DNA from: Flavobacteriia bacterium | Lineage (GTDB): Bacteria; Bacteroidota; Bacteroidia; Flavobacteriales_D; Crocinitomicaceae | Assembly: GCA_947455515.1 (NCBI GenBank) | Contig: CANGOF010000001.1 | Span: 5,049-69,048, forward strand | DNA length: 64,000 nt | Direction of reading: 5' to 3' | Shown here: positions 1-10,848 of the stretch, piece by piece | How positions within the stretch are numbered: position 1 is the first letter of the stretch | How the letters are laid out: every line of letters begins with the position of its first letter | The notes under the pieces: model-generated | The model's database searches: none | Told to the model about the DNA's origin: nothing | What the model saw: the letters and a program-made list of their open reading frames with translations, nothing else | Position numbers and translations under genes: made by a program

Positions 1-414
1 CGAATCGGTGGTGGTGAAAATCATCGCTTTGCACTTTATGATATGATTATGCTAAAAGACAACCACATTGACTATGCTGGGGGTATAAAACCTGCGATTG
101 AAAGCACATTGAAGTACTTAAAAGAAACTGGAAAGAAATTAAAAGTAGAAGTAGAGGTGCGTAATTTAGATGAGTTAAACCAAGTATTAGAAGTTGGCGG
201 CATTGACCGAATCATGCTTGATAATTTCACTCCTTCAGAACTTGAAAAAGCTTTAAAATTAATTCCATCAAACTACGAAACAGAAGCGTCTGGCGGAATA
301 ACATTGGATTCCATAAGAGAATATGCAGAAACTGGTGTAGATTTCATTTCTGTTGGCGCATTAACGCACAGTTTCCAAAGTTTAGACATGAGTTTAAAAG
401 CAGAATTTAATTAA
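1..414 (+). CDS. nadC: Nicotinate-nucleotide (quinolinate) pyrophosphorylase, C-terminal part; the 5' end lies outside the window
   Basis: Frame 1 is open from base 1 (RIGGGENHRFALYDMIMLKDNHIDYAGGI...). The MLKDNH, VEVEV..LDE, MLDNF and EASGGI stretches match the type II QPRTase barrel core. Confidence 0.85.
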   Translation, partial: RIGGGENHRFALYDMIMLKDNHIDYAGGIKPAIESTLKYLKETGKKLKVEVEVRNLDELNQVLEVGGIDRIMLDNFTPSELEKALKLIPSNYETEASGGITLDSIREYAETGVDFISVGALTHSFQSLDMSLKAEFN

Positions 415-439
415 TTATAAACTATTTATAATTTAATCT

Positions 440-775
440 TTATCTTTTGCCCTTCAGTTTATCATTTTCTATGTGTCGATGAAAATCACGACCTGTTTTT
501 TTATCTAAATTCTTCTGTAGCGCCTCTGTTAAATCAACTCCAGTTTGATTAGCTAAACATATTAAAACAAATAATACATCTGCAAATTCATCCCCCAAAT
601 CCTTCTCTTTATCGCTCTCTTTTTCGGATTGCTCACCATAGCGACGAGCAATAATTCGGGCAACCTCCCCTACTTCTTCTGTTAATACAGCTAAATTAGT
701 CAATTCATTAAAATAACGAACTCCATAGTTTTTTATCCAATCATCAACTAATTGTTGTGCTTCTTTAATTTGCAT
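440..775 (-). CDS. MazG-like nucleotide pyrophosphohydrolase (small YpjD-type)
   Basis: 111 aa with an EEVGEVAR (EExGE) helix and a second acidic helix, DEFADVLF, typical of all-alpha NTP pyrophosphohydrolases. Its start overlaps the dtd stop by 1 nt. Confidence 0.75.
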   Translation of the reverse strand: MQIKEAQQLVDDWIKNYGVRYFNELTNLAVLTEEVGEVARIIARRYGEQSEKESDKEKDLGDEFADVLFVLICLANQTGVDLTEALQKNLDKKTGRDFHRHIENDKLKGKR

Positions 776-1227
776 TATTCTTTGTTTTTAGAGTCTATAG
801 AAATAGTAACTGGACCATCATTAACTAAAGATACTTTCATATCTGCACCAAAAATTCCTGTTTTAACTATTAAATTAGATTGTTGTAAAGTAGAGACAAA
901 ATCATTATATAATGGAATTGCTAATTCTGGTCTTGAAGAATTCAAAAAACTAGGTCTATTACCTTTATTAGTCGATGCATATAAAGTAAATTGACTCACG
1001 ATTAATAACTCGCCTTTAATATCTTGAATTGAAAGATTCATTTTACCATGCTCATCATTGAATATTCGAAGATTCAATATCTTTTGAGTTAACCAAAGAA
1101 TATCTTCATGTGTATCCTCATGCGTTATTCCTAAAAGAATTAGAAAACCTCTTTGAATAGAAGCACATGATATATTATCAATAATAACGGATGATTGACT
1201 TACACGTTGAATAATAATCCTCATCAC
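775..1227 (-). CDS. dtd: D-aminoacyl-tRNA deacylase
   Basis: 150 aa. N-terminal MRIIIQRV and the SQFTLYA..KGNRPSF motif are characteristic of Dtd. ATGA overlap with the rsgA stop. Confidence 0.9.
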   Translation of the reverse strand: MMRIIIQRVSQSSVIIDNISCASIQRGFLILLGITHEDTHEDILWLTQKILNLRIFNDEHGKMNLSIQDIKGELLIVSQFTLYASTNKGNRPSFLNSSRPELAIPLYNDFVSTLQQSNLIVKTGIFGADMKVSLVNDGPVTISIDSKNKE

Positions 1228-2174
1228 ATATCTTTTTTTCGATGTATTTCATTTTCATCCTCCGTCATTAATTGTAAATATGTTTGATAACGAGATTCAG
1301 AAATCGCACCTTGTTCTACGTAGAGTTTAATTTTACACAATGGTTCATTTAAATGCTGACAATTATGGTATTTACATAGTCCAATTAACGCTCGCATTTC
1401 AGGAAAATAATGAGACATAACATCTTTTTCTAAATCAATAATTCCAAAAGCACGTATACCGGGTGTATCAATAATGTAACCTCCTGTCTGTAATCTATGC
1501 ATTTCAGCAAAAGTGGTTGTATGTTGACCTTGTTGATGATGATCAGATATTTCACCTGTACGCAAGGTTAAATTAGAATCTAATTTATTGATCAATGTAG
1601 TCTTACCAACACCACTATGACCTGAAATCATCACTTGATTTCCAACTATTTCTTTACGTAAAAAATCAATATTTAATTCATTTTCAGCACAAATTTTGTG
1701 GCATTCATATCCAATTGAAGAATACAAGTCTATTAATGCTTCAGAATAAAAAAGTTCATCTTCGGTATAGATGTCCATTTTATTAAATAAAATGGAAACA
1801 GGTACTCGAAATGATTCTGCTGAAACCAAGAAACGATCTATAAAAGCTAAATGTGTTACTGGCGACTTCAAGGTTACCATCAAATAGGCTTTATCTATAT
1901 TAGCGGCTAAAATCTGAGACTGTTTACTCAAATTGGTAGATTTTCTAGCAATATAATTTTTTCTCAATTCAACCGATGATATTACACCCTTACCTTCCTC
2001 ATCCCGATCAGAAGATAACAAAACAACATCCCCGGCAGCTATTGGGTTAGTTGTTCTTAAGCCGTCTAAACGAATCTTACCTCGAATACGGCAATCAACA
2101 ATTGAACCGTCAAGTAATTCAACGATATACCATTTACCAGTGGATTTTAATACGGTTCCTTTTTGATAGGTCAT
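1224..2174 (-). CDS. rsgA: Ribosome small-subunit-dependent GTPase A
   Basis: N-terminal OB fold, circularly permuted GTPase (NKMD, then GHSGVGKTTLINKL, DTPG), and a C-terminal Zn knuckle CKYHNCQHLNEPLC. Confidence 0.9.
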   Translation of the reverse strand: MTYQKGTVLKSTGKWYIVELLDGSIVDCRIRGKIRLDGLRTTNPIAAGDVVLLSSDRDEEGKGVISSVELRKNYIARKSTNLSKQSQILAANIDKAYLMVTLKSPVTHLAFIDRFLVSAESFRVPVSILFNKMDIYTEDELFYSEALIDLYSSIGYECHKICAENELNIDFLRKEIVGNQVMISGHSGVGKTTLINKLDSNLTLRTGEISDHHQQGQHTTTFAEMHRLQTGGYIIDTPGIRAFGIIDLEKDVMSHYFPEMRALIGLCKYHNCQHLNEPLCKIKLYVEQGAISESRYQTYLQLMTEDENEIHRKKDM

Positions 2175-2202
2175 ACTGCTAAAATAGACATTTTAAATAA
2201 AT

Positions 2203-2231
2203 AAAAAAAGCCGCTTCATTTCTGAAGCGGC
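2203..2231 (-). terminator. Rho-independent terminator after the OmpA-family gene
   Basis: 9-bp perfect stem gccgcttca/tgaagcggc (2210-2218 / 2223-2231) with a 4-nt loop. On the minus strand it is followed by a 7-U tract (A-run 2203-2209). Confidence 0.7.
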
Positions 2232-2253
2232 TTCTATATAGAAATTTAAACTA

Positions 2254-3579
2254 TTATTTCATTTTTACAATAAGCTCAACACGACGGTTAGCTGCTCTTC
2301 CCTTTTCAGTATCGTTAGATAATTTAGGTTGAGTAATACCAAATCCTTTTGTAGAGATTCTTGAAGCAGAAATACCTTTAGATACTAAATAATCTTTTAC
2401 AGATTTAGCTCTATCTTCTGACAATTGGTTATTTAATATATCTTCACCTACATTGTCACAGTGACCATGTAACGCTACAACTAAAGAGGTATTTTCATTT
2501 AACAATTTAGCTAAAGCATCTAATTCTTTTTTGAAAGCACCTTTAACAGCAACACTTTTAGTATCAAAGTTTACATCCTTAGAAACAGCAGCAACTTTAG
2601 TTTTAATATCACCAGTTAATTCTGTACCTGCTACCTCGTTCAAAACAACAGTTTTAGTCTCTTGTGCGAAAGCCATTGGACATCCTTTGAATTCAGTAGT
2701 ACCTTTAACTGTTGGGCAGAAATCTTCCGAATCAACAATTCCGTCACCATCCATATCAACGATTGCTTGACCTTTAGAGTTAACTAATGAACCAGCTGGA
2801 GTATTAGGCTCTGCATCTAAGAAGTTAGCAACACCATCGTTATCAGTATCCACTAATTTAGCTTCAGTAGCTGCTAATTTAGCACGTAATGCCTCTAACT
2901 CTTTTTTAGTAGAATATCCGTTTGGAGTCCAATCTGCAGGGTTTTTATCTTTATTTTTTCCTACACCATAATAAGAAACTCCTACAGTAGCATATCCAAA
3001 ATATTTACCAAAACCTGGAGATTGAGAATAAGAAGCTAAATCAAAAGATCTTGATTGCGCTAAATTAAAATTCATCGCAAAATCAACATTTAAAGACAAG
3101 TTTTTACTCAATCGGTATTGAGGCATTAAACCAGCTACAAAAGAAATTGCAACATCTCTTTGTGATTTATTATAAAGATCATGTCCTAATAAAGCAGATA
3201 AACCAGCACCTGCATGTAACATCATTCCAAACTTAGGGCTAATATCAGAAAACTGATAAAGATTACCTAAATTAACATATCCTTGAATAGTAGAACTTAA
3301 ATTGTGAGTAGTAAATTTTGGAGAATTTGATTTAGAACTAATATTATCATAACCTAATACCCAAGCAAAACCAACAACTTTATTCACCATTTTCCTAGCG
3401 CCTAAACGAACACTTAAAGGGTCAATAAAACTAGCTCCTAATCCTGGAGTAAACCTTGGAGACAATACATTACAAGCACCAAGACCTAAATCAATAGACA
3501 CTTTATTATAAGATGTATCTTGTTGAGCAAATGCAGAGCCACATAATAAAAGCGCCGCAGATAAAATAATTTTTTTCAT
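2254..3579 (-). CDS. OmpA-family outer-membrane protein with thrombospondin type-3 Ca-binding repeats
   Basis: Signal peptide and a beta-barrel-like N-terminal half. TSP3-type repeats DTDNDGVANFLD and DMDGDGIVDSED. C-terminal OmpA domain (GHCDNVG..LNNQLSEDRAKSV..NRRVEL). Confidence 0.85.
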   Translation of the reverse strand: MKKIILSAALLLCGSAFAQQDTSYNKVSIDLGLGACNVLSPRFTPGLGASFIDPLSVRLGARKMVNKVVGFAWVLGYDNISSKSNSPKFTTHNLSSTIQGYVNLGNLYQFSDISPKFGMMLHAGAGLSALLGHDLYNKSQRDVAISFVAGLMPQYRLSKNLSLNVDFAMNFNLAQSRSFDLASYSQSPGFGKYFGYATVGVSYYGVGKNKDKNPADWTPNGYSTKKELEALRAKLAATEAKLVDTDNDGVANFLDAEPNTPAGSLVNSKGQAIVDMDGDGIVDSEDFCPTVKGTTEFKGCPMAFAQETKTVVLNEVAGTELTGDIKTKVAAVSKDVNFDTKSVAVKGAFKKELDALAKLLNENTSLVVALHGHCDNVGEDILNNQLSEDRAKSVKDYLVSKGISASRISTKGFGITQPKLSNDTEKGRAANRRVELIVKMK

Positions 3580-3610
3580 AAATTAATAGTTAAATTCTAA
3601 ATTTCTTTTG

Positions 3611-3618
3611 CAAAACTA
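3611..3618 (-). promoter_or_regulatory. Bacteroidetes-type -7 promoter box (TAGTTTTG) for the OmpA-family gene
   Basis: Exact match to TAnnTTTG on the minus strand, 32 nt upstream of the ATG at 3579. Confidence 0.4.
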
Positions 3619-3733
3619 ATGAAATAAATGTATACTCAATACTTTTTTTTAAAAAAATAAAATACTGAATTTTACAATGAACACTTTACAATCATTTAGT
3701 TGTAAATTTTTAAATTACTAATTACTTATCATT

Positions 3734-3741
3734 TATATTTG
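3734..3741 (+). promoter_or_regulatory. Bacteroidetes-type -7 promoter box (TATATTTG)
   Basis: Exact TAnnTTTG match 15 nt upstream of the ATG at 3756. Confidence 0.4.
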
Positions 3742-3755
3742 TAAAAAATAACAAA

Positions 3756-5633
3756 ATGATATTCCCAATTTCCAAAACTCCTAGATGGATAATCTTTTCT
3801 ATAGACATTCTATTATCTGTCCTTTCCTTGTTATTTGCTTATTTTATTCGATTTGAATTTAATGTCAAAAAAATAGAATTTGAATTTTGGGATAAATCGA
3901 AACTATATATAGGTATATTTATTTTAGTAAAATGCATCGTATTTTATGTTTTTAAAATTTATCAAGGACACATTAGACATACTTCAATTACAGATGTAAA
4001 AAGATTATTATTAACGATTGGAACCTCTTCGATTTTGTTTTTTATCATCAATGTACTAAAAGCAAATTGGATTGACGACCAACACCTTTTCCCTACTTCA
4101 ATATTAATTATGGAATTCTTTATTAGTTATTCATTAATTATTGGATTTCGTTTCTTAGTTAAAATATTCTATTTGGAATCAATTCACAAACTTAATAATC
4201 AAAACAAAGAATTAGTTATCATTTATGGCGCAGGAGTATCTGGGCTAATCACAAAAAGAACAATAGAAAAAGATTCTGAATCCCCATTTGAGGTGATTGG
4301 TTATATAGATGATAATCCCAAATTAGGAAACACTCGATTACAAGGTGTAAAAGTCTATCATAGTTCTGAAATAGAAAAAATAATTCAACAAAAAAAAATA
4401 AACAAATTAATTGTTGCTATACAAAAACCTAATTATGAAAAACAGAAGCTTATTTTAGACACTTGTTTAAAACATTCTGTAACTGTATTACAAGTTCCAA
4501 GTTCAAAAAGTTGGATAAACGGTGATTTTACAACTTCTCAGATAAAAAACATTAAAATTGAAGACTTATTAGGTAGAAATCCAATCTATCTTCAGCCTGA
4601 AAAAATCGAAAAAGAATTGGAAAATCAAATTGTTTTAGTGACTGGTGCCGCAGGTTCAATAGGTAGCGGTATTGTCAAACAACTATTATCTTATAATCCT
4701 AAACTTGTAATTCTACTAGATCAAGCTGAATCTCCTTTATACGACTTAGAACAAGAATTGCTCTATAACCATCCAAGTTTTAACTTCTCCATTGTAGTAG
4801 GTGACATTAGTAATTTTAAACGTATGGAGCGATTATATGATTTCTTTAAACCAAATTATGTTTTTCATGCGGCCGCTTACAAACACGTTCCTTTAATGGA
4901 AGATAATCCTTCAGAAGCAATTTACACTAACATTTTAGGTACAAAGAATTTAGTTGATTTATCTGTTAAATATGAAGTTAATAAATTTGTGATGATATCT
5001 ACAGATAAAGCCGTAAATCCTACAAATGTGATGGGGGCCTCAAAAAGAATAGCTGAAATTTATGCACAAACAAACAAATTATCCAACACAAAATTTATAA
5101 CTACTCGTTTTGGGAATGTATTAGGATCCAATGGCTCTGTTATTCCTCTTTTCAAAAAACAAATTGAACAAGGCGGACCAATTACAATCACGGACAAACG
5201 TGTCACTCGATTTTTTATGACTATCCCTGAGGCTTGTCAACTTGTTTTAGAAGCTTGTTCCATGGGTAATGGTGGTGAAATTTTTGTTTTTGACATGGGT
5301 GAATCAGTTAAAATTATTGATCTTGCAAAAAAAATGATTAAATTATCTGGACTAATCGAAGGAAAAGATATCGAAATAAAAGTTACTGGACTAAGACCTG
5401 GCGAAAAATTATACGAGGAATTACTGGCACAAGATGAAAATACTGTACCTACACATCACCCTAAAATATTAATAGCAAAAGTTCGTGAATCCAAAGAAAA
5501 TATAACCGAAATAATTGAAGAGTTAATTAGTTTATACGATTCTCAAAACAATAAAAACATAGTTAAACTAATGAAAGATATTGTTCCTGAGTACATTAGT
5601 AATAACTCTGAATTTTCAACACTCGATAAATGA
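3756..5633 (+). CDS. Membrane-anchored polysaccharide biosynthesis protein, CapD/PglF/WbpM-type NDP-sugar 4,6-dehydratase
   Basis: Four N-terminal TM helices and two Rossmann folds (IIYGAGVSG; VLVTGAAGSIGS). SDR catalytic region: FHAAAYKHVP, STDKAVNPTNVMGASKR. Confidence 0.85.
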   Translation: MIFPISKTPRWIIFSIDILLSVLSLLFAYFIRFEFNVKKIEFEFWDKSKLYIGIFILVKCIVFYVFKIYQGHIRHTSITDVKRLLLTIGTSSILFFIINVLKANWIDDQHLFPTSILIMEFFISYSLIIGFRFLVKIFYLESIHKLNNQNKELVIIYGAGVSGLITKRTIEKDSESPFEVIGYIDDNPKLGNTRLQGVKVYHSSEIEKIIQQKKINKLIVAIQKPNYEKQKLILDTCLKHSVTVLQVPSSKSWINGDFTTSQIKNIKIEDLLGRNPIYLQPEKIEKELENQIVLVTGAAGSIGSGIVKQLLSYNPKLVILLDQAESPLYDLEQELLYNHPSFNFSIVVGDISNFKRMERLYDFFKPNYVFHAAAYKHVPLMEDNPSEAIYTNILGTKNLVDLSVKYEVNKFVMISTDKAVNPTNVMGASKRIAEIYAQTNKLSNTKFITTRFGNVLGSNGSVIPLFKKQIEQGGPITITDKRVTRFFMTIPEACQLVLEACSMGNGGEIFVFDMGESVKIIDLAKKMIKLSGLIEGKDIEIKVTGLRPGEKLYEELLAQDENTVPTHHPKILIAKVRESKENITEIIEELISLYDSQNNKNIVKLMKDIVPEYISNNSEFSTLDK

Positions 5634-6667
5634 AAAATACGATCACTTTATTAATTCTTATTGTTTTCAGCAACTCCCTAATGAGCCAACTTCAAAAGGG
5701 AGGTAAAAAATGTTTTGAAAGAAATGGAAATAACGGACAAAAATATACAGAATGGCAATGTGGAAAAACTCCTGGAGTTGTTGATTGCAATGGAAAAATT
5801 GACTTCGATGAACGAAGTAAAACATTTACTTCGTCGGCAGGTGGAAAACCTTACACGGGGCAATGTGAAACCTGCTATGAAAATGGTATGAGAGAACGTT
5901 TTATTACATTTCAAAATGGAAAAGAGGTAGGGACGGATACAACTAAATATATGTCTGGATGCCCAATGGTAATCCGAACGCACATTGAAGGTTTTGAAAA
6001 TGGCACTTGGACTTACTTTTATGATAGTACAAACATTGTCGCATGGGAAATGAATTATTTGGTAGGACAAAAACACGGAAAATTTGTCTATTTCAATAGA
6101 GCTGGTGATACAACTTTGTTTGAAAATTACAGTCATGATCAATTACAAGGTACTAAACGAATTTTCTTTAATAACGGGAAAATAAAACGATCAATGAGTT
6201 ACATCAAAGGAAATTTTGATGGTAACTTTGTAAGTTACAACAAAGAAGGTAAAATAATTGAAAAATTAAGTTTTAAAAATGGAAAAAAAGATGGTATGCT
6301 AACTTATTATTACGATGATGGCACACTTTTAAAAACTGAATATTGGCTTAATGACGTCAAGAATGGTCCTTTTACTTCTTATTATTATCAAGGATTTGTC
6401 CAAACATTAGAAAATTACAAAAAAGGAATCAAGGATGGTTGGTTTGAAGAATATTACCCAAATCGAAAATTAAAAATTAGATCACTTTATAAAAAAGGAG
6501 TAATAATTGAAGAACATGAATTTAATGAAAAAGGAAAAGAGGTAAGAACATTTCCTGAAGTTCAAAAAGAAGAAACAAAATCGGAAGATGACGAAATTGA
6601 GTTAGAAGAGAATAAAGAAAAAAAAATAAAAAAAGATAAAAGAAAAAAAGAAGAAGAAGTTAAATAA
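5630..6667 (+). CDS. Secreted MORN-variant (YwqK-like) repeat protein with a K/E-rich tail
   Basis: Signal peptide. Repeated G.K.G.f..YY.nG motifs (GKKDGMLTYYYDDG, VKNGPFTSYYYQG, IKDGWFEEYYPN). Highly charged C-terminus. ATGA overlap with the upstream stop. Confidence 0.6.
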   Translation: MKNTITLLILIVFSNSLMSQLQKGGKKCFERNGNNGQKYTEWQCGKTPGVVDCNGKIDFDERSKTFTSSAGGKPYTGQCETCYENGMRERFITFQNGKEVGTDTTKYMSGCPMVIRTHIEGFENGTWTYFYDSTNIVAWEMNYLVGQKHGKFVYFNRAGDTTLFENYSHDQLQGTKRIFFNNGKIKRSMSYIKGNFDGNFVSYNKEGKIIEKLSFKNGKKDGMLTYYYDDGTLLKTEYWLNDVKNGPFTSYYYQGFVQTLENYKKGIKDGWFEEYYPNRKLKIRSLYKKGVIIEEHEFNEKGKEVRTFPEVQKEETKSEDDEIELEENKEKKIKKDKRKKEEEVK

Positions 6668-7288
6668 TTATTCTCTTGCCAATTTCCCTGCTTTCCAAGA
6701 ATTTATAAAAGTATTCCAAGAGGAAGGATTAAATAAATTATTTACAGGACTTTGTCCCATTGTATAAATCTTAGTATATTGTTGGTTTTGTTGCCAAGAA
6801 TATGTTAACCCAGGATCTGTTGTTACACCTGCAGCGATAAAAGCTAAACTAGAACCAGATAATTGTTTTTGTGCTCTTCGCAAAGCATCATCGTATGGAT
6901 GCATTTCTAAAAAAGCCTTTGCAAAATTCTCTTTAGAAGGCCAAGGATATACAACCGCTGTAGGTAACATTTTTGATTCATCTATCATAACATGTATAAT
7001 CGAATAGCGATCTTCTTTCAATGTGTCAGGAACAATATAAGAAGAAGTTTTATATCCAAAATTTTTAAATAATAAGGTATCTCCAGGTATTACAACAATT
7101 GAGAAATAACCATAATAATCAGATACTGTACCTCTTTTAGAACCTTTATGAAAAACAGTTGTAAATGGTAAATTTTCTAAACTATCAGAAGAAACTATCA
7201 CACCTGACAATTGAATTAAAGTAATAGAATCAGCTTGCCCAAAGGTATAATTACAGATAAATAAAAAAAGAAAAATCAAATTCTTCAT
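6668..7288 (-). CDS. Carboxypeptidase-regulatory-like (CarboxypepD_reg) domain protein
   Basis: The signal peptide begins at the internal Met (MKNLIFLFLF). GVIVS..LPFTTVF.....GTVSDYYGYFSIVVIPGDTLLFKNFGYK matches the prealbumin-like fold pattern. I prefer the start at 7288 over the ORF-track start at 7321. Confidence 0.6.
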   Translation of the reverse strand: MKNLIFLFLFICNYTFGQADSITLIQLSGVIVSSDSLENLPFTTVFHKGSKRGTVSDYYGYFSIVVIPGDTLLFKNFGYKTSSYIVPDTLKEDRYSIIHVMIDESKMLPTAVVYPWPSKENFAKAFLEMHPYDDALRRAQKQLSGSSLAFIAAGVTTDPGLTYSWQQNQQYTKIYTMGQSPVNNLFNPSSWNTFINSWKAGKLARE

Positions 7289-7372
7289 TCCATAAAAATT
7301 AAAACTAATGCAATAATACATTGTTTTTTTGTTTAATAATTGTTAAAATCAAAAAATGATAAGAATTATTAA

Positions 7373-8881
<1,509 letters not shown>

Positions 8882-8883
8882 TT

Positions 8884-10833
8884 ATGTTTAAAAAAATTCT
8901 ATTATTCGTTAGTTGTTTAGCAACAATTGTTTTACATGCACAAGAAGAGTATGTTATCGAAGTTAACAACAAGAAAATCTCTAAATCTGAATTTCTTCAG
9001 ATTTATTTAAAGAATAATCAAAATCCAAAATTTGATAAAAAATCAATTGATGAATATTTAGAATTATACAAAAAATTCAAACTTAAAGTATGCGAAGCAG
9101 AAGCTTTGGGTTATGATACGTTGCCTAAACTTAAAAAAGAATTACAAGGGTATAGAAAAACATTAGCAACACCTTATTTAATTGACAAACAAGAAAACCA
9201 AAAGGTAGTTGAAGAAGCATATAAACGTTTGCAAAAAGAAGTCAAAGCATCTCATATTTTAATTCGAATCGATGGTAACGCTTCTCCAGACGATACAGTA
9301 AAAGCATATTCAAAGATTTTATCTATTAAAAAAAGAATTGATGGTGGTGAAGATTTTACAACATTAGCCAAAGAACTTTCAGAAGATCCATCTGCAAAAT
9401 CAAACGGTGGTGATTTAGGCTATTTCACAGCATTTCAAATGGTTTTTCCATTTGAAGAAGCTGCATATAATACACCTATCGGCCAAATTTCAGGAATTGT
9501 GAGAACACGTTTTGGATACCATATTCTTAAAGTTGTTGACCAACGACCTGCTAGAGGGATAATGAAGTCTGCACATATTATGATTTCTGTGAAGCGAGAT
9601 GCACCTGAAGAAGAAGTAATCGCTGCTAAAAAGAAAATTGAAGAGATATACACTAAATTAAAAGCGGGAGATAAATTTGAAGAACTAGCCGCAAATTTTT
9701 CCGATGATCCAGGTTCTAGTGATAAAGGAGGAAAACTACCTGAATTTGGAAGTGGTACTACAACTAGAATGGTACCTGAATTTGAAGAAGTAGCTTTTCA
9801 ATTAAAAAACAATAATGATTTTTCTAATCCATTACAAACAGACTATGGATTTCACATAATAAAAAGACTTGATTTAAGTCCTTTGGCTTCATTTGAAACC
9901 ATGAAAAAGGAATTACAATCAAAAGTAAATAGAGATGATCGTTCAAAAACTTCTCAAACAGCGTTAGTCAATAAATTAAAAATTGAATACAACTATATTG
10001 ACTTGAGTAAAAAAGGATTAAAATGGTTTATAAAAAATATTGATTCCAACTACTATAAAGGCAAATGGAATGCTCAAAAATTGAGAAAAAATGAAATATT
10101 ATTTAGCTTACAAGATCAAAACTATGTGCAAAAACAATTTGCCAATTATTTAGAATCCAATTTTAGAAATGTTACTAAATCAACGAATAAAGAAGTAGTT
10201 GCAAAACAATTTAATGCTTGGGTTACAGCAGAAATTTTAAAATACGAGGATTCTCAATTAGAAAAAAAATACCCGGAATTTAAAGCATTGATGCAGGAAT
10301 ATCACGACGGTGTATTATTATATGAAATAATGACTGATAAAGTATGGAACAAAGCGAATAAAGATACGAATGGGTTGAAAGTTTTTTATGAATCCCACAA
10401 AATGAATTACCAATGGAAAGATCGTATTGATGCTGTAGTATATGAATGTTTAGATAAAAACATAGCTAATCAAGTAATAAAAATGTTGAAAAACGATACG
10501 ATTACTTCGAAACATATCATGGCAAAACTTAACGAAAAGTCTGAGTTGAATTTAAAAGTTAAAACAAACAAATACGAAATAAGTGAAGTTTCTTATTTAA
10601 AAGGACATACATTTAAAATGGGTACAAATCCAATATATGAAGTTGGTGGTAAATATTATGTAATTGATGTAAACCAACTAATCCCTGCAACTACAAAACT
10701 ATTAAATGAGGCAAAAGGTATTATTACATCAGATTATCAAAATTATTTAGAACAAGAATGGCTCAAAGAACTTGCCAAAAAATACTCATTTAGTATTAAT
10801 GAAAAATTGTTATATTCACTTGATAATAAGTAG
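8884..10833 (+). CDS. Periplasmic parvulin-type peptidyl-prolyl isomerase (SurA/PpiD-like, two PPIase domains)
   Basis: Signal peptide and two parvulin cores (KASHILI...GDLGYF...FGYHILKV; SAHIMIS...GGKLPEFG...YGFHIIKR). Confidence 0.8.
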   Translation: MFKKILLFVSCLATIVLHAQEEYVIEVNNKKISKSEFLQIYLKNNQNPKFDKKSIDEYLELYKKFKLKVCEAEALGYDTLPKLKKELQGYRKTLATPYLIDKQENQKVVEEAYKRLQKEVKASHILIRIDGNASPDDTVKAYSKILSIKKRIDGGEDFTTLAKELSEDPSAKSNGGDLGYFTAFQMVFPFEEAAYNTPIGQISGIVRTRFGYHILKVVDQRPARGIMKSAHIMISVKRDAPEEEVIAAKKKIEEIYTKLKAGDKFEELAANFSDDPGSSDKGGKLPEFGSGTTTRMVPEFEEVAFQLKNNNDFSNPLQTDYGFHIIKRLDLSPLASFETMKKELQSKVNRDDRSKTSQTALVNKLKIEYNYIDLSKKGLKWFIKNIDSNYYKGKWNAQKLRKNEILFSLQDQNYVQKQFANYLESNFRNVTKSTNKEVVAKQFNAWVTAEILKYEDSQLEKKYPEFKALMQEYHDGVLLYEIMTDKVWNKANKDTNGLKVFYESHKMNYQWKDRIDAVVYECLDKNIANQVIKMLKNDTITSKHIMAKLNEKSELNLKVKTNKYEISEVSYLKGHTFKMGTNPIYEVGGKYYVIDVNQLIPATTKLLNEAKGIITSDYQNYLEQEWLKELAKKYSFSINEKLLYSLDNK

Positions 10834-10848
10834 TGACAACTGCTAAAA

